Positions 25,661-32,000 of a DNA stretch of 32,000 bases are shown piece by piece. Source of the DNA: Desulfobulbus propionicus DSM 2032 (GTDB lineage Bacteria > Desulfobacterota > Desulfobulbia > Desulfobulbales > Desulfobulbaceae); contig NC_014972.1 of NCBI RefSeq assembly GCF_000186885.1, positions 2,730,001 through 2,762,000 on the forward strand. Reading direction: 5' to 3'. Numbering within the stretch: position 1 is the stretch's first letter; the number at the start of each line of letters is the position of its first letter. A program made the position numbers and the translations under genes. The notes beneath the pieces are model-generated. The model made no database searches and was not told the origin of the DNA. It saw nothing but the letters and a program-made list of their open reading frames with translations.

Positions 25661-25987
25661 GATGTCCCTTCCCTGGTTATCATTATCATGAGTGGCGAGA
25701 GGGCCGAGGCGATGCTTCATCCATGAACGCGCACCTTGGCCGTATCGTTTCATCGGCAGGCGAAGAAGAAACCTTTAGCACCAATTATAGGTAGCTTGTG
25801 CAATACAAGATTCTATGCTACAGTGTGACCAATTTTTTGACGGTGCAAGGCGTCGGTCCAGCGAGCAACAGAACAACAATAATCCGGGATCATTCACCAT
25901 CTGCACAGTCGCCTTGTATTGATCATCGCTCTTCATCCGCGAACGGTTACCTTGGTCCTTCGTCACTGATTCTCAGCATACACCTCC

Positions 25988-26590
25988 ATGGCAGCACACA
26001 GCACCCCCCTTGATCAGGAAGACGCCTCGGTGACCGAAGCCGCCACTCTCAGCGCCCTCTATTCTTTTTTGGCGCTGACCATGCGTTACCCCGATCCGGC
26101 CTTCTGCAACGATCAATTCCTTGATGCCATGGATTTTCTGCTGGAATCGCTCGACTGGCAGGCGGAGCGGGCCGAATTCCGCGTCTGGCGAGAGCAAACA
26201 GACGATGTCGTGGATAATCTGCGGACCGAATACACCCGGCTGTTCATCACCGCCCCCCCTCGGACGACCATTCCGCCCTATGCCTCGGTCTATGTCGACG
26301 GAGACGGCACCCTGTTTGGCCGGACCACCGAACGCACCCGAGATTTTTACCGCGAGCGTGGCTACGACCTGGCCAATGACAGCGAACCCGCCGATCACAT
26401 CAGTTTTGAACTCGATTTTTTGGCTGCCTTAGCCGCTGAAGCGAGGTTTGAGGATGAGGATCTTTTCCTGCGGACCCTTTTTCGGCCGTGGTTTGAACGT
26501 TTTCAGGAAAAAAGTATGACAGAAGCTCGACATCCCTTCTACAAGGTGTCGATACAGTTAATCGATTTTTTCACCAAGGAGGAACAGTAA
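25988..26590 (+). CDS. TorD/DmsD-family redox-enzyme maturation chaperone
   Basis: LSALYSFLALTMRYPDP, EYTRLFI, PPYASVY and DHISFELDFLAALA are characteristic TorD-family segments. ATG 25988 has no SD. An in-frame GTG at 26030 with AGGAAG 8 nt upstream is an alternative start. Confidence 0.8.
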   Translation: MAAHSTPLDQEDASVTEAATLSALYSFLALTMRYPDPAFCNDQFLDAMDFLLESLDWQAERAEFRVWREQTDDVVDNLRTEYTRLFITAPPRTTIPPYASVYVDGDGTLFGRTTERTRDFYRERGYDLANDSEPADHISFELDFLAALAAEARFEDEDLFLRTLFRPWFERFQEKSMTEARHPFYKVSIQLIDFFTKEEQ

Positions 26591-28801
26591 ATGGCAATGA
26601 ACCTTACCAGGCGGAAATTCCTCAAGGCCGCCTCGATTGCCGCTGCGTCCGTGCCGCTGTCCAAGGTGGCGGTAAAAGCAGAATCAGGAGTTGTCAAGAC
26701 GCCCCTGGTTGCCCCGGGGACGTTCAAAAATACGCAGACCGCGGTTGGCGGTGTGTGCGAGATGTGTTTCTGGCGCTGTCAGCTGGTGGGAAAAATCCGT
26801 GACGGCCGTCTGATCAAGCTGGAAGGCAATCCAAAATCGATCGACAACGGCGTGTCCATCTGCGCCCGCGGCAATGCCGGCGTCAAACTGCTCTACGATC
26901 CGGACCGGCTCAAATACCCGCTGAAAAATGTCGGCAAGCGCGGCGCCCCCAAGTGGCAGCGCATCTCCTGGGAAGAGGCACTGGATACCTGCGGCGCCAA
27001 GCTGAAGGAAATCAGGGATAAATACGGCGCCAAGGGCATCGCCATGTTCCCCCACGGCTCCACCGCCACCTATCCGATGGGTTTCCTGGAGAACGTGGTG
27101 GGTACCCACAACGTTTCCGAGGCCTCGTTCTTCCAATGCCGCGGCATCCGCGATACCGCCTACATGGCGACCATTGGCCAGCCGCCCAACGAGGATGTCG
27201 ACATGGCCAACGCCAAGGTGATTTTTCTCCTGGGCAACCACATCGGCGAGAACATCCACGTCTCCCACGTCAAACGGTATCTCAAGGGACTTGAGCGGGG
27301 CGCGAAACTCATTGTTGTCGATCCGCGCTATTCGGCCGCGGCGGCCAAGTCGCACATCTGGGTGCAGATTCGGCCCGGCACCGACACCGCCTTCCTGCTG
27401 GCGATCATGAACTACCTGATCCAAAATAAAAAGTACAACGCTGATTTCGTCGATGAATACGGCGAAGGCTTTGAGAAAATGGCCGAAGGGATCAAGGAGT
27501 GGACCCTGGAGAAAGCGGCCCAAGAGTGCGACGTGCCCGCTGCCCAGATCAAGGAAGTGGCCGATCTGCTGGCCGCCAACATGCCCCATGTGTCCATTCA
27601 TCCCGGCCGCCACGTGTCCTGGTACGGCAACGACTTCCAGCGTCAGCGCGCCCTGGCCTGCCTCACCGGCGTGCTCGGCGCTTTCGGCGTCAAGGGTTCG
27701 TTCGTGCCGCCCAAGGGCCCCAAGGGACTGGCCAAGGTCGGTTGGCCCAAGGGCGAAGGCCACGGTGAAAGCCTGCGAGAGATGGCCGATCTGTATCACT
27801 ACTCGCCGCCCGGCACCCCCACCGACCTGATCCGTGACACCGCCATCACCGGCAAGCCCTATCCGATCAAGGGCTGCGTCATCTGGGGCCAGAATCCAAT
27901 CCAGACCATTCCCAACCAGGAAAAGACCATCAAGATGCTCGAGCAGATGGACTTTGTCATGTGCGTCGATGTCATGCCCACCGACATCACCATGTTTGCC
28001 GACATCCTCCTGCCCGACTGCTCCTACCTGGAGCGCTACGACATGATCAAGACCGGCACCCAGTGGGATTTCGCCGAGGAGCACAAGCAGTACATCGCCC
28101 CGCGCATGCCGCTGGTGGCTCCTGGATTCGAGCGCAAGGACAGCATCTACATCACCAACGAGATCGCCAAGCGCATGGGTTACGGCGACAAGATCCCGGT
28201 GCAGACCCAGGAGGAAAGCATCGACAAGATGCTGGCCGGGGTCGGGTTGTCGATCGAAAAAATCAAGGCCGAGGACGGCATTCACATTCAGCCGGGCAAG
28301 GAGCCCTACGGCGATCTGGAACTGACGGTGCTCTTCTACAACGAAGAACTGGAGGACAACGGTTATCCGCCGATTCCCACCTACATCCCGGTGGACCGCG
28401 CCCCCGACGGGTACATGCGCCTCTTGTACGGCCGTTCGCCGGTCCACACCTTCAACCGCAGCCAGAACAACGCCTGGCTGATGGCGGAAAACGACAGTAA
28501 CCCGGTGTGGATCAACGACCAGCTGGCCGCCAAGCTTGGCCTCAAGGAGGGCGATACCGTCTCCCTGGTCAACCAGGACGGGGTCAAGTCACGGACCACC
28601 ACCACGGTCAAGATTACCCCCGGTATCCGCCAGGATTGCGTCTACATGTACCACGGCTTCGGTTCCATGAACCCTGAACTGACGCTGGGCGTGGGCAAGG
28701 GTGTCGATGATTGCAGCCTGATCACCAAGCTCGCGGTCGATCCGGAAACCGGCGCCCATGGCATGCGCAACAACTTTGTCAAACTCGTGAAAGTCAGCTG
28801 A
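26591..28801 (+). CDS. Tat-exported molybdopterin oxidoreductase catalytic subunit, PsrA/PhsA-like (DMSO reductase superfamily)
   Basis: The twin-arginine signal is MAMNLTRRKFLKAASIAAAS. The N-terminal FS0 motif CEMCFWRC-x27-CARG (CxxCxxxC...C) closely resembles polysulfide/thiosulfate reductase A subunits. The IRPGTD and VVDPR segments are present. A strong AGGAGG RBS precedes the ATG. Confidence 0.85.
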   Translation: MAMNLTRRKFLKAASIAAASVPLSKVAVKAESGVVKTPLVAPGTFKNTQTAVGGVCEMCFWRCQLVGKIRDGRLIKLEGNPKSIDNGVSICARGNAGVKLLYDPDRLKYPLKNVGKRGAPKWQRISWEEALDTCGAKLKEIRDKYGAKGIAMFPHGSTATYPMGFLENVVGTHNVSEASFFQCRGIRDTAYMATIGQPPNEDVDMANAKVIFLLGNHIGENIHVSHVKRYLKGLERGAKLIVVDPRYSAAAAKSHIWVQIRPGTDTAFLLAIMNYLIQNKKYNADFVDEYGEGFEKMAEGIKEWTLEKAAQECDVPAAQIKEVADLLAANMPHVSIHPGRHVSWYGNDFQRQRALACLTGVLGAFGVKGSFVPPKGPKGLAKVGWPKGEGHGESLREMADLYHYSPPGTPTDLIRDTAITGKPYPIKGCVIWGQNPIQTIPNQEKTIKMLEQMDFVMCVDVMPTDITMFADILLPDCSYLERYDMIKTGTQWDFAEEHKQYIAPRMPLVAPGFERKDSIYITNEIAKRMGYGDKIPVQTQEESIDKMLAGVGLSIEKIKAEDGIHIQPGKEPYGDLELTVLFYNEELEDNGYPPIPTYIPVDRAPDGYMRLLYGRSPVHTFNRSQNNAWLMAENDSNPVWINDQLAAKLGLKEGDTVSLVNQDGVKSRTTTTVKITPGIRQDCVYMYHGFGSMNPELTLGVGKGVDDCSLITKLAVDPETGAHGMRNNFVKLVKVS

Positions 28802-28856
28802 CCTTGGGCATGATCCCGCAACCGTCAGACACGACCACCTCTGAAGGAGAGTACCT

Positions 28857-29657
28857 ATGCAATATGGCATGATTATCGATGTCGACAGGTGCGTGGGCTG
28901 TCATGCCTGCGTCATCGCCTGCAAGGCTGAGTGGGAGGTTCCCGCCCAGTTTGACCGCAACTGGGTCCACCGCTTGGGACCGAGCATGACCTCAAGCGGC
29001 ATGGCCGCTACCTACTATCCCGGCCTGTGCAACCACTGCAACGAGCCCCCCTGCGTGCCGGTCTGTCCGGCCGACCCGGTCAACATGACCTTCAAGGACG
29101 CCAAAACCGGCAAGACCGTGACCATGGAAGTGGGCGCCACCTGGAAAGACCCGTTCAACGGCACTGTTCAGGTCGACCGCGAGCGCTGCATCGGTTGCGG
29201 CGCCTGCCGTGACGCCTGCCCGTACAACGCCCGCTATGTCGACGAAAGCCTGAAAGACGACAACAGCCTCGGCAAGGTCGACAAGTGCACCTACTGCATG
29301 CCGCGCGTGGCCGAGGGCCTGGAACCAGCCTGTGTTCAGACCTGTCTGGCCCGCGCCCGCATCTTCGGCGACCTCGACGATCCCAACTCGGAAGTGGCCA
29401 AGTATGTGGCCAAGGGTGCGGTGGGCCTGACCTCCAAAGCAGTGCAGATCGGGCCCAATGGCAAGTACTACGGCAGCAAGAAGGGCGACATGGAACTGCT
29501 GATGCAGGCCGCCCCCCAGGAAATGCCCAAGGTGGCCCTGCGCCGCGGCTTGCTGACCAAGATGTCGCTGACCGCCAAGAATCAAGTCAAAGATCTCGGC
29601 CTGCTCGGCCTGGCCGGCGGCCTGTTGGTCAAATCGCTGCAGAACGACGAAAAATAA
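28857..29657 (+). CDS. 4x[4Fe-4S] ferredoxin-type electron-transfer subunit (PsrB/DmsB-like) with a C-terminal extension
   Basis: Four Cys groups are present: CVGCHACVIAC, CNHCNEPPCVPVCP, CIGCGACRDACP and CTYC...CVQTC. An RBS GAAGGAGA precedes the ATG. An extra ~70-aa tail ends in LGLLGLAGGLLV. Confidence 0.85.
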   Translation: MQYGMIIDVDRCVGCHACVIACKAEWEVPAQFDRNWVHRLGPSMTSSGMAATYYPGLCNHCNEPPCVPVCPADPVNMTFKDAKTGKTVTMEVGATWKDPFNGTVQVDRERCIGCGACRDACPYNARYVDESLKDDNSLGKVDKCTYCMPRVAEGLEPACVQTCLARARIFGDLDDPNSEVAKYVAKGAVGLTSKAVQIGPNGKYYGSKKGDMELLMQAAPQEMPKVALRRGLLTKMSLTAKNQVKDLGLLGLAGGLLVKSLQNDEK

Positions 29658-29685
29658 TTTTTTACCGAGATCTCAATCTGATCGC

Positions 29686-29720
29686 TCCCCTGTCGCTGTC
29701 CGGCGGCAGGGGATTTTTTA
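29686..29720 (+). terminator. rho-independent terminator ending the molybdoenzyme operon
   Basis: TCCCCTGTCGC (29686-29696) pairs with GCGGCAGGGGA (29703-29713), giving 11 bp with one G-U pair and a 6-nt loop. TTTTTT follows at 29714-29719. Confidence 0.7.
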
Positions 29721-29764
29721 TGACCACGCAACAGGCTGCCCACGCTGAACCGTTGTTTCAACGT

Positions 29765-29793
29765 ATGACTTTTTAAAGCGATTCTGCTACAAT
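29765..29793 (+). promoter_or_regulatory. sigma-70-type promoter for the MotB-like/MotA-like pair
   Basis: ATGACT (29765-29770) is followed by a 17-nt spacer and TACAAT (29788-29793). It lies about 70 nt upstream of the ATG at 29862. Confidence 0.5.
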
Positions 29794-29861
29794 GGCCATT
29801 CGCTGAGCGGCAAATCCGACCATCCGCTTGTGTTCCGGGCGCTTCCTGCCGAAGAAAACAC

Positions 29862-30959
29862 ATGGACAAGCAATCTCCGATCCCACACAGCCCTGCCGAG
29901 GAATCGGCGCCGACCGTTGTCCCACCGGCGCCCAACGCCCTCAAACGGCCGCCCCTTGCCCACGACTGGCAGCAGAGTTCCCAGCCTGTTTTCGTCATCG
30001 AGGATTCCTTTTACCGGTCGCGGACCCCGCCCCGCCCGGTCCATTGGTCGATTGCCTGGTCGGATCTGATGATGACCATGTTTATCCTCTTTCTCACCCT
30101 CTTCGCCCACCTTCGCACCCACGAGGAGATCCTTGCCCATGGCAAACCCAACAAGGTGGCCGATGAAACCATGCCGGTGCAGACCGACCAGACGCCGTCC
30201 GCCTTGGTCTTTCACCCTATCTCCCAGGATGTTTCCCTGACCATTGCCGATGACGCCAAGGACATTATTCCTCCGCAACGCGAACAGGAAGGCGCCGACG
30301 TGCTCATCCGTCATACACTGACCGAGGAGAAGCCGCAGCCCGAGTCGTTGGCCCCGATACCCCAGCTGCCGCAGCAGCCTTCTGCTCCGCAGTCGGCAAA
30401 CCAGACGGCAGCCTCCCCCGCGCAGCCCCTTCCACCCGCCCCCGTCCCCGAGGAGAAGAAGCAGGAAGAGCTGATCACCAAGATCTATGACCTGTCCAAG
30501 GTAGCCCTGGAAAAGGAGCAGCTGGATCGTTTCGCCTCGGTGGAACTGGTGCCGGACAAGACCATGCGCATCATCCTCACCGGCGACCTGCTATTTGCCT
30601 CCGGTCAGGCGGAACTCACTCGCGAAGCCCTTGTTTCCCTGAAAAAAATATCGGCCCTCATCAAAACCACCCCCTACATGATCAACGTCATCGGTCATAC
30701 CGACGACCGTCCGGTGAAGAATGCCCGCTTCCCCTCCAACTGGGAACTGTCGCTGGCTCGAGCCGGGCGGGTGGCCCGGTTTCTCATCGAGGATACCGGA
30801 CTGCCGGCCACCCAGTTCAGTGTTTCCGGCTACAGCTCCTTCCGGCCTCTTAAGCCCAACACCAGCGAAGACAATCGCAAGATCAACCGGCGGGTGGAGC
30901 TCGTGCTGTCCAAGGAATTGCCGCAGGCCCAAGCCGCCATGCCCGCCAACCTTCAATAA
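29862..30959 (+). CDS. MotB/OmpA-family stator-like protein with an extended Pro-rich N-terminus and a Pro/Gln-rich periplasmic linker
   Basis: The single TM segment WSIAWSDLMMTMFILFLTLFA carries the Asp at the position of the E. coli MotB AYADFMT proton-binding Asp. The C-terminal OmpA-like peptidoglycan-binding domain reads VIGHTDDRP...SNWELSLARAGRVARFL...NRRVELVL. Confidence 0.8.
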   Translation: MDKQSPIPHSPAEESAPTVVPPAPNALKRPPLAHDWQQSSQPVFVIEDSFYRSRTPPRPVHWSIAWSDLMMTMFILFLTLFAHLRTHEEILAHGKPNKVADETMPVQTDQTPSALVFHPISQDVSLTIADDAKDIIPPQREQEGADVLIRHTLTEEKPQPESLAPIPQLPQQPSAPQSANQTAASPAQPLPPAPVPEEKKQEELITKIYDLSKVALEKEQLDRFASVELVPDKTMRIILTGDLLFASGQAELTREALVSLKKISALIKTTPYMINVIGHTDDRPVKNARFPSNWELSLARAGRVARFLIEDTGLPATQFSVSGYSSFRPLKPNTSEDNRKINRRVELVLSKELPQAQAAMPANLQ

Positions 30960-30974
30960 ACGGGTTTTCCAGCC

Positions 30975-31838
30975 ATGAAACGACAAAACCTGATCGGCCT
31001 GCTGTTGTGCAGCCTTCTCTTTTTCGGTGGATTCCTCATCAAAGGCAATCTCAGCCTCTATTTCAACATTGCCAGCCTGATGATCGTGGCCGGCGGCAGC
31101 GCCATCGCCGCCCTGCTCAGCTTTCAGCTCGAACGGTTGCGGATCGTGCTGCGGGTGGTGCGCGCCTCGTATCGCAGCCGGCTCAAATCCGAGGCAGAGA
31201 TCGTCGATATCCTGATCAACCTGGCGATCAAATCGCGGATGGAGGGAATCCTGTCGCTGCAACAGGACGAAAACGAGACCTCGATCCATTTCCTCCGCCG
31301 GGGGTTGGGGTGCCTGGTGGACAACTACGAACCGCAGCAGATCCGCGACATCCTCAACACCGAGATGTATTTCTTCAAGCTGCGCCGCGAGGATTCGGAA
31401 CGGGTGCTGCGCACCATCGCCGATTTCTGCCCGGCCTTTGGCATCGTCGGCTCGGTGGCCGGCCTGATTCCCATGCTGGCGGGCATCGACGACACCGGCA
31501 TCATCCTCAAGACCGTGCCCCTGGCCCTGACCTCGATCCTCTATGGCCTGATCCTGCCCAATTTCTTCTTCATCCCCTTTGCCGCCAACCTGCGCGAACG
31601 GACCAATCAAGAGTTGCTGTTGCAGAAGATCATCATGGAGGGAATCATCGCCATTGAAAGCGAACTCAATCCCACCGTGCTCCGCACCAAACTGCTCTCC
31701 TTCCTCACCCCCTCCGATCGCAAGGCCGACCTAGTGCCGCTGTCGCGCATTCAGGAACGGTTCCACATCCGGCTGGACGCCACCGAACCCGATGACCGCG
31801 ACGAGCCGCAGGATCGGCCGGGACCGGCTGTTTTCTAG
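30975..31838 (+). CDS. MotA/TolQ/ExbB-family proton-channel protein (MotA/PomA-like)
   Basis: The protein has four hydrophobic segments. PAFGIVGSVAGLIPML and LTSILYGLILPNFFFIPFAANL match the TM3/TM4 signatures of MotA/PomA. It starts 15 nt after the MotB-like gene. Confidence 0.8.
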   Translation: MKRQNLIGLLLCSLLFFGGFLIKGNLSLYFNIASLMIVAGGSAIAALLSFQLERLRIVLRVVRASYRSRLKSEAEIVDILINLAIKSRMEGILSLQQDENETSIHFLRRGLGCLVDNYEPQQIRDILNTEMYFFKLRREDSERVLRTIADFCPAFGIVGSVAGLIPMLAGIDDTGIILKTVPLALTSILYGLILPNFFFIPFAANLRERTNQELLLQKIIMEGIIAIESELNPTVLRTKLLSFLTPSDRKADLVPLSRIQERFHIRLDATEPDDRDEPQDRPGPAVF

Positions 31839-32000
31839 CCTGGCTGCCCCCTCGCTCCGCGCCTGAAAAACAGGGGTGCAAAAAGCCGCCGGTCGTGTAC
31901 TATACGGCCTGCCAGCGGGTTTTCCACCGCCCGGTCCAGCAAATCAACCTATTGTTTTCAATCAAAAAAGAAAAGAAGAGGTTCCCCATGCGATCTCCCA

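Noticed and set aside
25850-25987. Possible Moco (molybdenum cofactor) riboswitch upstream of the molybdoenzyme operon.
   Set aside because: I could not find the conserved Moco-motif core segments as I recall them (a CCGAG-containing P1/P2 junction and a GGAAAGG-type loop). No convincing multi-stem fold is apparent.
29720-29776. 18-codon ORF (MTTQQAAHAEPLFQRMTF) between the Mo-operon terminator and the MotB-like promoter.
   Set aside because: It starts within the terminator T-tract and has no RBS. It overlaps the predicted -35 element and lies upstream of the transcription start that promoter predicts. It shows no recognisable peptide features.
29862-31838. Zorya-type anti-phage system (ZorA/ZorB are MotA/MotB homologues).
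   Set aside because: As far as I recall, ZorA is much larger and has a long C-terminal tail, and it precedes ZorB. Here the MotA-like protein is 287 aa, the order is reversed, and no ZorC/D/E-like genes are visible in the window. The downstream region is unseen, so this cannot be fully excluded.
31988-32000. Possible start of a further plus-strand gene (ATGCGATCTCCCA preceded by AAGAGG).
   Set aside because: Only 13 nt are visible, which is too short to assess coding potential or identity.
1-32000. Searched by eye for CRISPR arrays, transposase, integrase or IS ends, prophage genes, toxin-antitoxin pairs and rRNA, tRNA or tmRNA genes.
   Set aside because: I saw no regularly spaced direct repeats, no recombinase-like ORFs, no terminal inverted repeats flanking a composition shift, and no structured-RNA signatures. 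The window reads as core chromosome with a modestly accessory right end.

Overview
High-GC (~60%) bacterial chromosome segment, almost fully coding. The gene content and order look like Desulfobacterota/Deltaproteobacteria, but that is inferred from synteny only. About two thirds of the window (roughly 8.9-23.1 kb, minus strand) is a conserved housekeeping block: ileS-lspA-fabD, then ffh-rpsP-KH-rimM-trmD-(SPOUT-like MTase)-rplS, then rnhB-yraN-pdxA-tmk-TPR lipoprotein-LolB-like lipoprotein. Many of these genes have overlapping stop/start codons. The left end carries an aminotransferase 3' end, a small lipoprotein, a Zn-finger-less DnaJ-class protein, PBP4/DacB, an orphan TrpB2, a fused radical-SAM/DUF2344 protein, and a secreted AMIN-linker-AMIN protein behind a near-consensus sigma-54 promoter. 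The right third (23.1-32 kb) is the least ordinary part. It holds an orphan zinc-ribbon plus class-II-RNR-C-terminal (TSCPD-like) protein, a FlK-like hot-dog thioesterase, and a leaderless DxDxDG calcium-motif protein. It also holds a TorD-like/PsrA-like/PsrB-like molybdoenzyme operon with no membrane-anchor gene, followed by a separately transcribed stator-like pair in inverted order (MotB-like before MotA-like). I found no rRNA, tRNA, CRISPR array, transposase or integrase. Functional calls rest on motif recognition by eye, with no database search. I did not find a clear-cut novel multi-gene system; the anchor-less molybdoenzyme and the inverted stator pair are the best candidates for follow-up.
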